From Okamejei kenojei (lineage: Eukaryota), in contig CM069162.1 in assembly GCA_035221665.1 (NCBI GenBank), forward strand, positions 25,544,001 to 25,608,000: a stretch of 64,000 nt of DNA, read 5' to 3'. The notes under the pieces are model-generated. The model had not been told where the DNA came from. It was given only the letters and a program-made list of their open reading frames with translations, and searched no databases. The position numbers and the translations under genes are program-made. Every line of letters begins with the position of its first letter. The stretch's first letter is position 1. This document shows, one piece after another, positions 1-12,839 of this stretch.

Positions 1-621
1 CTGAATAGTTTCTTCCGAAGCTTATTCAGTATCTTTGGCTGGGGGTGTTAGGTACTTCCCCACCCCCCTCTGGTGAATGCTATGTACTTAACTCTTCTGT
101 TTCTCTCCTGAGTGCAGGCCCCGTGGCTGGGAGTCAGGAATCAAGGGGTTAAGGGCTCCTGTACCCGATTGGCCAAGCTGTGTCAGGTGACGGGTGACTC
201 ATCGGAAGCTTAAATACCAGAAGCTCCCAGAATTCTCCCTCTCTTCGTCGACCCTGACTCATGAACAGACTGTGGTTTGAACTGCAGGAGGCCTGGCCAC
301 ATGGCATAGAACTTTGTGTATTATTACCTACATTTGTCAATTAATATTAAATTGGGACGGATAAGGGCTGACCTGAGGGTTTTCGTGTATTTTGTTTCAG
401 GGTTATTTCCATTTAGGCAGGTTAGAGACTCTAGTTCGACGGCCCATTGCGAGGCTGGCTGGAGCACTGTTATCTTTGTTTATTAGTTTATTCTTGCCCT
501 TGATTGGGTTGTTTGAATCAGGTTTGGGTTTTAACTAAATAAAATACTTTTTTCTTGAACTTGAGCCTGGTTTTTGACTATGTTACGTGGCTCTGAAGTA
601 TCTGCATTCGGGAGTTGTAAC
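1..621 (+). mobile_element. Possible 3' part of a solo LTR (LTR retrotransposon/ERV)
   Basis: TATA-like cttaaata at ~209, AATAAA at ~538, ends in ...gttgtaaCA at 621. The 5' end lies outside the window, so the TG...CA pair and TSD cannot be checked. Confidence 0.35.
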
Positions 622-3600
622 AATCGCAGCCTGGGGAAGGTTGACAATAATCAATAAATGTTTTCCGTGACTCAGGCATGGTTTCTATCTACACCTACCC
701 ACAGACAATAGAAAGTAGATTCTTGTACATTCCTCAACATGGAATCATTACTGTGCATACAACACATACGTCAAACAATTAGCTTCTGGTTTTGCTTCTG
801 TATCTAGGACTAAACAACTGTAGGAAAGGCTTGACGAAACTTAAAAACATGTTCCACTTGCAACATCCTGGTCATTTATGTCTGTACTTAGCAGGTAAAT
901 TATTGTTAAAATCAACTCCTCATCCATTTGTATATTATAAATGAAAATATTCTGTCATATTTAAGTTCGCTATGAGAACTGTTTATTGGTTTCTAAGTAC
1001 TGAGGCCTTATTGCAATAGTTCTTTAGAATTAGGTCTTACGCATAATACCTTTGAATGACAGTCACTGGATTAAGAACATTGTTATCACTTGGCTTTGCC
1101 CACACTCTTGGTATTTTTCAACCACACCTAGATTTAGAAGATAATTTGGAAGGTATCCAGTTTTATTTAGTCATGACCCAGAAATTACACTGCAGAATAG
1201 CTCTGGTTAAATCAAGTGACTGTAGAACCTGTGTGGGTACAACCGGTACAGACCAGACTGGTAGAGTCAGCTCAGCTTCTTGCCTTCAGCTACACTGCCC
1301 AGTTATACTTGGAGCACGAACAAAAAGGAAGCCCCAGGCAAAAGGTTAGAATCGATCACATTCAGTTTCTGTCTGTCGTGTGATACGACAAGGAAGGGAT
1401 ATTATCAATCATGCAAGCCACCTATATCAGATTGACCATCCACACAGGCATGAGGGAGGGACAGCTATCAATGGGGAATCATAGGTCCAAGTTCACCTGC
1501 TTGTTCCTCCAAAGACCACATGTGTCTTAAACCATTTCACAAGATGTTATTTTCTGGATGATACAATGATCCCCATGATCACAATAAATGGCGGTGCTGG
1601 CTCGAAGGGCCTCCTCCTGCACCTATTTTCTATGTTTCTATGTTTCTAAAGCAATCTCATTTCTATTTGAATAAATCCCTCCTAATTGCTTCCACCTCCT
1701 CCCTTGACTCGTTATCGCTCATCCTTAATTGAAATATTGATTCTGCAGGTTACCTCCAGACCACGACCAACAGCTTCCAGTGTTGGAAAGAGTGTTTGTC
1801 TGCTTTATACATGTTGAAACTGCTTGCTGTGTCCTTGGGTAAGTATGGAAGAAATCAGCTGACCCGAACTGACAGCTACTCTATGTGTATATCACATCAA
1901 AACAGGTTTAAGATTAACATACACATACAGACAATTAATAAATTAAAACAAAAATGTGCCAACTTCTGGTTTGAAAGTGTCAGTGACAAATATTGGCTGC
2001 CTCAGAGCAGAGAGATGACGGAGGAAGTACTTAGTAGAGATATTCAATTATGGATTTGGATAAAATGAATAACGTGCAGTGTGGTCGGTAACGGAGAATG
2101 TAGATTAGAAATGACTGAAGGAAGAATTGGAGCGGATATGAGCAGAAGTTTATTTCTGCAGCAAATTGGAATGTATAGCATGGCCTGGCACAGGTAGCCT
2201 GACTTGGTATGTACAGCCTAAATGAGTGCTGGATGCAGATTCAACAGCATCTTTGGAAAGAGAATTAGATAAATAACTGAAAGGAAAATAAAATGCAGAT
2301 AATGGGTAAAGGGCACGGGAGTCAAATTAAATTGACCAGTACTTTCCAAAGAGCCAATATGGATTTGAATGGCTGTCGTCTGTGCAGGAAATTATTTGAT
2401 CCCACACCCTTCTTTCTTTCCCCTTGTTTTGCTTTCTACCATTCCCGACTCTTCAGATCACTGCCTTAACCCACTCCGTCCATTGCTGTAGGTCCAAGGT
2501 TCTGACTTGCACAGCTCCTTAGCCTCTCTACCCCATCGCTATCTCTCCCACAGCAGCAAGCCAAACCATCTTTCCTCCCCTTCTTGGGGAACGCCTGGCC
2601 TATCTCTTTTACCCAACAGTCTCTCTGTATTTCCCCGAATACTAAACATTACAGGATGACTTGATGACAGGATAGAGTTGTCTAATATGATGAGTGGTTG
2701 AAGTATATTACGAGAAACCTTTTATTCAGGAGGGGCGAATCTTTGAGAGTGATGACAGGGGGAAGTATTTCTTCATAAGGATTATACCAACCTGGATCTC
2801 CCTTTGAAAAGTGTGAAGCTGGCTGCTCACTGAAGGGCAGCAAAGAATTAAAACGAACCTTAGCAACTATGAACTTTTATGGATTGTGTTTGGCTGCACT
2901 ACAGACTGGGTTTTTTTTTTGTACTAGTATTATGGTTATTCATTTATTGAATTGTTTGATTATATTTATCTGTGTGAATTGCATCAATGTGCCTGTTGAG
3001 CTGCTGTAAGTGAGAATTTCATAGTTCTGTTGTTAGTACATATGACAATTAAACACTTTTCACTCAAAATTGACAGATTTTTAGGGATGTAATTAAGGGG
3101 TACAATAAGACCAAGTGAATGCAGTTCAGATATAGTTTTGATCATATGAATGGCGGAATATGTTCAAAGGGCAAATCTCTTCAGACCCCATGTTCTCTGC
3201 ATTCAATTAAAACAGACAATTTGCTTTTCCAAAGCTAATTCCTGGGCCATTGATGAACGCAGATGGTTTTGTTTCAACTGTAAGTTGAATCAGCAAATCC
3301 ACCGCTTCCCCAGCCACACAAAAATATAGATGGTGAAAGGCCCAGATTTATTGTGATGGGTGGTGGAGTCAGGTGTAACTTGTTGGGCTGGGTAAAAGAT
3401 GTTTGCAAAAACAATGAGATGGAACATGGATAAGGTGCAAGATGTGCAACAGAGATGATTAAGAAAGAACTGCAGATCACACTTCCGGCGGCGTCAATGG
3501 TGGGGTGAGAGACGCTCCTGTTTTGCTCTGCTCCCGAAAGAATGTTTTAATGTGCTAAAATACGAGCTGGAAGACGGGGTGTTCTAAAATATACCACCGG

Positions 3601-3664
3601 AGCTGCTATTTAATTGTGTGTTATCTGAAACTCTGCTGAATACAGGGAATAACAGCAGTTTTAA

Positions 3665-4697
3665 ATGAAAAAAGGGAATCCTCGCCAGAAGCCTGTAAAA
3701 CCTGCTTCAAGACCTGCCACAAGAGACTAGAAAAAACTTGGAAAGACTCCTCAATCCCCTCAAGCATCAGCTGGAAGCTCAGAAGAAGAAGCTGACTTTC
3801 GAAATCTTTCTACAGAAATTACCTCCTGGAGGAACAAATTGGAATAATTGGAAAAGTCAGTATTAACTTCAGTCACTGAAGTTAATTCTAAAGTGATACA
3901 AGATGGGAATGTCGCGCTGGACAAAAGCCTCTCTGAAAAAATTAAACAAGGTAATGATACGCTGATGGGGAAAATTGATGACTTAACCAAACGTGTGATT
4001 GAATTGAGGAGGATTTAAACAAAAAAATTAAGCGGGTTGATAAGGACTGTAATAAAAAGCTGGACGCAATGTTAGTCTACTGAGGCGGCTATGGAAGGAA
4101 TGGATAATACGATAACTGAGATGGCTAAGGAGATAAAGAGACTAAAAAAGGAACAAGAAAGCACTGGGAGGGAGCTTGCTAAAATGAAGCATAAATGTAT
4201 GGACTTGGAAGCAAGAAGACAAAATCTGAGGATAGTTGGAGTAAAAGAAGGAAAGGTGAGTGGGCAAAACTTTCAGGAGTTTGCTGCCAACTTAAAAAGA
4301 AAACTGCTTAAGCTGCCTGAAGCCCCGAGAACAGATATGGCTCACCGGGTCCGACGTAAGGTTCAAGCAAGTCCAACTGTCCCCCCCAAGACAGATTATT
4401 CTGAAATTCTATGAAATTTCAACCCTGGAAGGAATTATGAAAAAAATTCCATATGGTGTGAATTTGATGTTTGCAGAAGACAAACTAAGATTCTTCCGTG
4501 ATTTTCCAACTGAAGTCATGGAAAAGAGGGACAAGTTTACAAACACGAGAAGGATATTGAAAGAGGTCTCGGGAGTAAGATATGGGATAGTATATCCCGC
4601 AAAATTGAGAATTACTTATAATCATGTTGAACGTGCATTCACGGATCCAGAAGAGGCATTTAATTATGCACAAAGTATCACAAAGGAGGACTACTGA
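3665..4697 (+). pseudogene. L1 ORF1p (coiled coil + RRM + CTD), frameshifted
   Basis: Coiled-coil region followed by RRQNLRIVGVKEG, RFFRDF and YPAKLRI, motifs typical of L1 ORF1. Split into ORFs 4091-4414 and 4437-4697. Confidence 0.85.
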
Positions 4698-5769
4698 TCA
4701 TGAGAAACTACAAAGAAAGAACTGTGTTTCTTTTTTTTAACATACAAAAAATACTGCTCTGGTTAAGATGGAGAACTTTCCTCGAGGCGTTGTCTAGCCA
4801 TTTTATCTTTGGAATGTTAACTCAAGGTCAGATTTTATATTTCACTTCAACAAAGGATTGACAAAGAAGAAAAATTGTGGCGGGAAAAATAACTTGAGAA
4901 ATATTATCAGTGGACTTGTATATAGAAAATATTGGAAAAATATTATCAGTGGACTTGTATATAGAAATTTATGATTTAAGAAACACACAATTACATACTA
5001 ACATAAAATATAATTAATAAAATTGTGTAATATTAAGGCATAGCTTAATAATGGCTGATGTTTATTTCATGATGTTAATTACTTGCTAAATATAAGAATA
5101 ACAAGTTAAATATGATTAATAAGTACTAATAACATACTAACACATTTTATGGATATAGTAGATTTAGTCTAAATTGCGCGCAAAGAGGGGGCAGGAGACA
5201 GACGCTTGGAAGTTACCCAAGGGTCTGAATCTGGTTAACCCCTTGGAACCTGTTGGTGTCTGATACAAAAGTTTGAGACTTAATTCTAATAGAGCTAGGC
5301 ATGTCAATAGATATGGATATATAATTAACATAATTACTGTTATATCTAAATATATACTCGGAAACTCTTTTTTACTTTGTTTTTTCTCTTTGAAGATATA
5401 TTTCTAATCAATCTATTGGAGTGTGTTTTATTTTATATATACATTTCTGAACTTTGTATCGCTCTCTCTTCCAATTAATAATAACTGGTCAAGGGAGCAG
5501 AGCGAAACATATAAAAATTTTATATAAGAATTTTTCTACCACCTGTTGGTCGTCTGTTTTTAATTATAATATCTTTATTTTTGGATATTATAATATCACT
5601 TTTTGTTTGTTAAGTATCTTTTCACGACTCTACACTTTCTGGTCTTTTTCAAGGTCTATTCTGAAGGGGAGATGCCAACAAAACTTAACAGCTGGGGATG
5701 ACCATCCTCCACCTAGATATGAGGTTCTTGGTTGCACCATATGAAGTAAAGGTATTAACATGATTCATA

Positions 5770-6591
5770 ATGCAAGACGATAAACAAAAGAAAACTAGAG
5801 GAATCACATTCTGTAGTTGGAATATAAGGGGCGCTAATGAACCAATTAAAAGGGGTAAGATCTTTGCCCAATTAAAAGCCTTAAACAGTGACATCATTTT
5901 CTTACAAGAGACGCATTTGAAATATCAAACACAGATAAGATAGAAGGTAGTGTTAAAGAAGGAACTGCAGATGCTGGAGAATCGAGGGTACACAAAAGGC
6001 TGGAGAAACTCAGCGGGTGCAGCAGCACCTAAGGAGCAGAATCAAGCAATTTAATATCTTACTTATATAATACAATTCTAAATATAGAAACACCAACGAC
6101 AGAGGCAATTAGAAGAGACTGGGAACAAGAGTTATTGATAATAATTCCGAATGATAGATGGGATAAAAATTTATTATATGTAAATAAATGTTCAATTAAT
6201 GTAAGACATAACCTAATTCAATTTAAAATTTTACATAGACTATTATTCAAAAACTAGATTGAATGAAATATTTTCAAATGTTTCTCCCATCTGTGACAAA
6301 TATTTAACTTAAAATGCCACTATAGCACATTCCTTTGTCTCTTGTATAAAACTGATTATCTTTGGATCAATGGAAGAGGGAAGTAAATTAACTATATTCC
6401 AAGAAGCTTTTCTTAATTATGGTCTAATAACAGCAAAAAAACTTATACTCAAATTTTGGAAAAACGCTACCACGCCAACATTCAAAATGTGGATCTCAAA
6501 CATATCTCACCTTGAAGAAATGAGATTCCTCCTACTAAGTAAAGTAGACCTATTCTTAAAGACTTGGTCTCCTTTTATCAACTTTTTATAA
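5770..6591 (+). pseudogene. L1 ORF2 remnant: APE N-terminus joined to the C-terminal region
   Basis: MQDDKQKKTRGITFCSWNIRGANEPIKRGKIFAQLKALNSDIIFLQETHL, then a jump to the C-terminal region (QFKILHR...AKKLILKFWK). About 2.8 kb is missing relative to copy 2. Confidence 0.85.
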
Positions 6592-9261
6592 GCAGATGGT
6601 GCAACATAAGAAATTAAATGGTTTAGAACCGGGTGACAGATGGGCAAAAATACAAAATAGGCAGATGTCTCCTAATCTCTCTTTCCTTTACTTTCTCCTT
6701 TTCTTTCAATCTTTTTAGCTTCTTATCTCGGTTCTGCATTTCTTTGGCTATCTGTTTCTACTCGCTTGTCTATCTATTCCGACACTCTTTATTTATTTTT
6801 TCTATCACTGTTCTTTTATTATTAAATCAAAAGTACGAAGTTGTACAAGAATGGAAATATGTATGTATTAGGTACTTAAGTACCACACTACTGTGCTTCT
6901 AACAAAAATAAACAAAAAAAAAAGAAAGAACTGCAGATGCTGGAAAAATGAAGGTAGACAAAAATGCTGGACCCGAAACATCACCTATTCCTTCGCTGCA
7001 TAGATGCTGCCTCACCCGCTGAGTTTCTCCAGCATTTTTGTCTGCCACAGAGATGAGATCTGTTACCATATTGCATGCTCCAGCAGACCATTATAATTCA
7101 GGAAAACCATTAAAAACGTCACTAACAAAAATATCTAACTCACGGACCATGCAACATCCGAGATCAATGTTTGTGGACCAGTCTAAACTTTCAAAGCCAC
7201 AATGGTCCGAACAGGGGGCCATCAATTTATGTTTCTGGGCAAGAGGAACACCAATAGTTTTGAGGGTTAACATCTTGCCGAGGTTAAACAAAACTCTGGT
7301 CTAATGAAGAAAGTAAATATGCCAGGAGCTCCTTGAGCAATAAACAAATTATTTAATGTTTATCTATGATGGCTAATATGATTAGAAGCCAGATCAACAC
7401 CATTATATATCCACTGCAGATAAACATGCAAATCTAACATGAGATGGCAGACCAGAACTTAAAATCAGATTTAATCAAATTGATTTTGTCATAAGCAATA
7501 AATCACAATTCAGCCTCTTCAAAGTTTGACAGAGTTAAAAGTGTCAGTGGGGAATGAAATCACCTCCTAATCGACAGTGACTTACCTTTAATGCCAACAG
7601 ATATTTTTCATTCTTGTGGAAAATAGCCTTCATTAATGTGTTAACTGCTATAATGGGTTCTCCCTGATCATTGAAACATATCATTCTAAATGGCAGTTTT
7701 TCCACTCCTTGTGTCAGACCCACAAGCCTTTTGATTTCAAATACCAAAGTCTACACCCAGTTTTGAATCAGATCAGAGCCACTTTGGAGCTTTTATTTCT
7801 AAACCCAGATATTTTGTAAATGTTTCATTCATAGAACACAAAAGAGTACACCACAGGAACAGGCCATTCAGCCCACAATGCCTTAGCTGAACACGATGCC
7901 AAAACAAACTTTTATCTGCCTGCAGATAATCCATATATGTCCATTCCCTGCATATCCATGTGCCTATCCGAAAGTCTCTTAAATGGCACTATTGTATCTG
8001 CCTCCAACACTACCCTGGCAGCATGTTCCAGACACTCGCCACCCACCGTGCATTTAATATTTCCATCCTGTGGAAAAAGCATTTGACTACCCTATACATA
8101 CATACCCCATCCTATGCCTCTTCAAAAAGGTTAGTCATATTAGGGAGAGAGATACTGTGCATTATAGGCAGATAGGGAGAGTACACTAGAAGCGAATGCA
8201 GAAAATCTCCCCTCCACTCCAACCAAATGCAAGGTAGAACCACTTGTCATTATCCACACAAATTTGTCACTCTGCCACTCTCTAGTTGATGCCAGGTGGG
8301 GGGGGAGGGGGGGGGGGGTAATTTTGTTTTGACTAGCTCAGTGTGACAAATCGTTAGTTTCCTTGTTGAAATCCATACACACGTTAATTCACTTACTTCA
8401 CTGATGACTCATTATTAAAGAATTCAATCACGTTTCTCAGACAAGAACTTCCCTTAACAAACCTATGCTGACTGTTCCCTAATGCCTCTATAAATAAAGG
8501 GTATTACTATCCCTTAGCATAGAGCCCAATAATTTAATCAGTATCAAAGTTAAATGAACTCACCTGGAATAATATGATTAAACATTAGACATATGGAACT
8601 GCAGATGCTGGAGACTTGAGTGAAAAAACACAATGTGCTGGAGTAACTCAGCAGGACAGGCAGCATCTGTGGAGAACATGGCTAGGTGACGTTTCAGTTC
8701 TGGACTCTTCTTTACATTTAAAGTTAAAACGTTTGAAAGTTTAAAGACTTAACGTTTAAAACATCAGCAGCTCCCTAGATTCCTGGCATCACTCCTGGAG
8801 CAAAAATGAATTGAAATCCTTGAAGCCTGCCAAACACTCCCAGGTCAGGGGAAGCTACATTTACTTCCAAGGTTATGCTGCCTTTACACTGGCCACTCAA
8901 ACATTTCATACAATGAAATTCCACGTGATTATTTTATCTCAGATTCCTACAACCGAATTGCTCTTTCACAAAACATGACATTGTCTGCATAGTTTAGTCT
9001 CCTCGAGTATGGAACAATGTAATGGTAAACTTTATTCTATCTTATCTGAGTGAAACTCAACGCCTTCAACATAATCTTAGTATACAAGAGAAAATAAATT
9101 AAGCAGGCAGCAGAGATCTCATGGCAGAATTTCAAGATTGTAAATCAAATTGTGTTTGGATCCCAGTAACAGCTGTGAAATGATTTAATGTATAAAGTCA
9201 GAGATTCAGAAAGCACGTAGTAAAGGCAAGGCGAGTATGACAGTGACTATCAACTTGATAT

Positions 9262-9742
9262 TCGGCAACTTGAGCGCCCAGTAGCAGAAAAGACTACAAA
9301 AAGTAGTAAACACTGCCCAGTCCATCATCGGCTCTGACCTCCCTACCATCGAGGGGATCTATCGCAGTCGCTGCCTCAAAAAGGCTGGCAGCATCATCAA
9401 GGACCCACACCATCCTGGCCACACACTCAGCTCCCCGCTACCTTCAGGTAGAAGGTTCAGGAGCCTGAAGACTTCAACGTCCAGGTTCAGGGATAGCTAC
9501 TTCCCCACAGCCATCAGGCTATCAAACTCACCTCAAACAAAACTCTGAACATTAATAGCCCATTATCTGTTTATTTGCACTTTATCTGTTTATTTATTAA
9601 TGTGTGTATATATTTATATAATGGTATATGGACACACTGATCTATTCTGTATTCATGCCTTCCATATTCTGTCGTGCTGAAGCAAAGCAAGAATTTCATT
9701 GTCCTATCTGGGACACATGACAATAAACCATCTTGAATCTTG
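9262..9742 (+). mobile_element. Rex1/Babar-like LINE 3' fragment
   Basis: Translates to RLQKVVNTAQSIIGSDLPTIEGIYRSRCLKKAGSIIKDPHHPGH...LPSGRRFRSL...SRFRDSYFPTAIRL, characteristic of the Rex1/Babar RT C-terminus. Ends with AATAAA and a (tcttgaa)n tail. Confidence 0.8.
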
Positions 9743-10649
9743 ATCGTTCTGCAAAGGAGCTGTGTGGTTACTTGATCAAGTGCAACCAAACGGGGACGCA
9801 AGCACTTTGCAGCCAAACCACTGCCGTCAAATGCCTCATCATTACTCGTGTAGAGGATGTTGTGCCAATGAAGACAATCGGGTTGTTCGAGATATGGAAT
9901 CTACAGATGAATCGTGAGATCCGCTCCATGATGAAGGTCAAATTGGTTGATCCCGACCTACACAAAGAATGTCCAGAAATGCTGCCTGACCGTTGAATTG
10001 TGTTTCCTCTACTCCAGCACTTTGTGTTTTTTGGTCTAGTTTGCCCATTGGGTTTCACAAACTATTTTCAGTTGGAAATAAACTGCGTCGCGCTTAAAAC
10101 ATGTGCAACGATAATACATTTCTGGAATGTTTCGCAACGGTTTCCTCTCGAAATTTAATAGGCAAACGCTAAGAAAATACTTGCATTTGTTATCAGGGGC
10201 CCAAAACCATGAAACATAAATACACGGTTGCATCACTGAAATCAAAAATGTTTACGAAGCAACAAGAATAGCCTGCACTCACGGGACTTCCATGCGCTCC
10301 TGAAAGTAACGGGCAGAGGGACCTGTGCAGACCAGCCACAGAATCCTACGCCGGGCCCGAAGCCACTCGAGACATGTAACAGCGTCTACATTACAAGTGC
10401 TTTGTGTAAGGAGTTCTGATGAAAGCTGTGTCTCCCCCACCACTCTCCCCCTCTCCCCATTATAAAAATTCGAGGACACCTGCCTGACCATCCGCACGTG
10501 GTCTCACTCTGTCCTCAAGCAAACCTTCTCAGGGCGTCATTCCAACACCTAGGTGGTTGAAGTTCCCTTTCACGGCTCCCTTGGGATCTGTCTCTCCTCG
10601 TTGCTAAATCACGATTTAATTATGTCTTCGTTTCCTTCTATTTATATAT

Positions 10650-10942
10650 GGTTATACTGTATGGAAAGAGGCCCTTCGGCCCACGAATCCACGCCGACCA
10701 TCGATCACACTCGTTCTATCTTATATCACTTTTACATTCACTCCCTACAACCGAGGGCCAAGTGGCCGATTAACCTACTATCCCGCGTGTCTATGTGATG
10801 TGGGAAGAAACCGGAGCACCCGGGGGAAACCCCACACGGTCATATGGAGAACCTGCAAACTCCACACAGACAGCAATCGAGGTCTGGTTGGGACCCGGTT
10901 CTCTGGCGCTGTGAGGCAGCGGCTCCACCATTGTGCTGCGCT
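10650..10942 (-). mobile_element. tRNA-derived SINE (HE1/V-SINE-like)
   Basis: Minus strand reads gcgcagcacaatggtggagc...cctcacagcgccagagaaccgggt...gtgggtttcccccgggtgctccggtttcttcccac and ends in a CR1-like tail (gggccgaagggcct...). Homologous to 20388-20700. Confidence 0.75.
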
Positions 10943-11518
10943 TGGACCTTTCTTACTTTGGGATATTACCCAAACCGTTTGAGTCCTATGCGCCCAGAAC
11001 TTGTGCTTCTTTTCTCCTTTGCGTTAAATCCATTCAGTTCTCATTTTCTTCTTAAACTTTTTGTCCAGATTATTTGCCTTATTACTCAGTGATCCGTCTG
11101 TCCATGGTGCGGTGTACCAGCTCATCCTTTCCCCTCTTGCTTTCAACAAACTTGGAACAGATTTATCACTTGCATTTGTTTTTTTTGTTTTTTTAGCAGA
11201 TCTTCCATCTAGTCCACCATGCCTCTTGTAGCCGCATCACTCTGGGTTCGGGGTGAAACCTGTGAACACATAAGTGACAATTATTGAACGCGGGGAATAG
11301 TGGGGCGGTGTGTTATGAATGCGTTCCCACCTCTGAGCAAAACGTGGGAATACTTGGAGTTCTCAGCAGGTCAGAAAGCACCTGCAGAGAAAGAACCTGT
11401 TAATGTTTCGCTTCTGGTGAGGTGTGCTTGAAGTCAAACGTTCAGGTTGCAATCAATGCTCGTCATTTGTGCTCCATGTGGACGTACATATTGCCTTATT
11501 TCACAATTGCACGAGTTA

Positions 11519-11995
11519 CAGGAGTAGAATTAGGCCATTCGGCCCATCGAGTCTACTCCACCATTCAATCATGGCTGATCTCTGCCTCCTAATCCCATTT
11601 TCCTGCCTTCTTCCCATAACCACTGACACCCGTTCTAATCAAGATTTTTTGTCTTTCTCTGCCTTACAAATAGCCACTGACTTGGGCTCCGCAGGTGGCA
11701 ATGTGTTCCACGGATTAACTACCCTCTGACTAAAGAAGTTCCTCCTCACCTCCTTTCTAAAAGGGCGCCCTTTAATTCTGAGGCTATGACCTCTGGCCCT
11801 AGACTGTCCCACCAGCAGAAACACCCCTTTCACATCCACTCTATCTGCGCCTTTTATTATACTGTAAGTTTCAATGAGGTCCCCCCTCAACCTTCTAAAC
11901 TCCAGCGAGTGTCAAACACTCATCATATGCTAACCCACCCATTCCAGGAATCATTCATGTAAACCTCCTCTGGACCCTGTCCGGAGCCAGCACGT
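11519..11995 (-). mobile_element. CR1 LINE 3' fragment
   Basis: RGDLIETY...RARGHSLRIKGRPF...FFSQRVVNPWNTLP plus a CR1 3' UTR. Confidence 0.85.
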
Positions 11996-12059
11996 TGTTT
12001 GGTTGCTGAGAACAGAGGCAGCAACTGACCACTAAGCCTGGAGTCTGCTCCATCATGTA

Positions 12060-12422
12060 GAGTAGAGGTTTATGAAATGATGAAGGGCAGAGATAAGATG
12101 AATGGTCTTTTTCTCAGGGCAGGAAAATCTAGAACTTAGAGGACATAGATTTATGGTGATATGGGAAAGATTTAATAGGAACCTGAGGGACAACTGTTTC
12201 GCACAGCGGGTGGAGGGATCGAACGAGCTGCCGGGGGAAGTAGTTGAGGCAGGTACGATAGGAATATTTAATATACATTGGGTTCGGTTTATGGATATGA
12301 AACGTTCAGAGAGGGATAGGCAAAATGCTGAAAAACGGGATTAGCGCAGATAGGCATCTTGGTCGGCATGGACTAGTTGGGCCGAAGGGCTTGTTTCCAT
12401 ATTGTATAACTATGAATCTATG
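12060..12422 (+). mobile_element. CR1 LINE 3' fragment
   Basis: RGHRF...FAQRV...NELPGEVVEAG, then 3' UTR ttgggccgaagggcttgtttcc with a short (ctatgaa) tail. Confidence 0.8.
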
Positions 12423-12839
12423 AACATTTTATCTTTCCGCTGATTTAATAAAAAGAGGACGCTGAAAAACACTTGTTGGAAACTATTTTCGATATAAACA
12501 TTCACAACAAAGACTCGGTGAAATGCATCAAACACACCAAGCCGATAACGTTTAAACCCAGTGTTGGTACCGATATACATGGCCCGTAAGTAAGTCCCTT
12601 GAAAACCGCATCCGCCACTTGGTTTAAAGCCAGGGACCCAGTTAATGAATGTGAATTCTCCTTCATTCTAAGTCAGAGGCACAAATATCAACCCTTTAAG
12701 TTAAATGCATATATTTACTTGTTGACTCAGTGTTACCAAGTTAAGAGCTGCGTATCCAGAGGATACGCTTGTCCAGGGTGGGACCAAGCGAAACTCCCTC
12801 ATTCAATCAGGTCCATTGACTGTGCCAACCTGGTGCCAA

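Larger units (their letters stand above)
3478..6921 (+). mobile_element. L1-clade LINE, 5'-complete but internally deleted (copy 1)
   Basis: 17-bp TSD aagaaagaactgcagat at 3461-3477 and 6922-6938; A-rich tail at ~6901-6921. Contains ORF1, a ~1.07-kb spacer, the ORF2 N-terminus and C-terminus. Colinear with the minus-strand copy at 26465-36661. Confidence 0.9.

Noticed and set aside
4899-4968. Direct duplication of aaatattatcagtggacttgtatatagaaa
   Set aside because: Local slippage in L1 copy 1. It is single in copy 2 and shows no sign of function.
7544-7747. Faint resemblance of VFEIKRLVG...LPF to the Hsp70 motif VFDAKRLIG...WPF
   Set aside because: Too short, wrong spacing, and no other Hsp70 motifs nearby.
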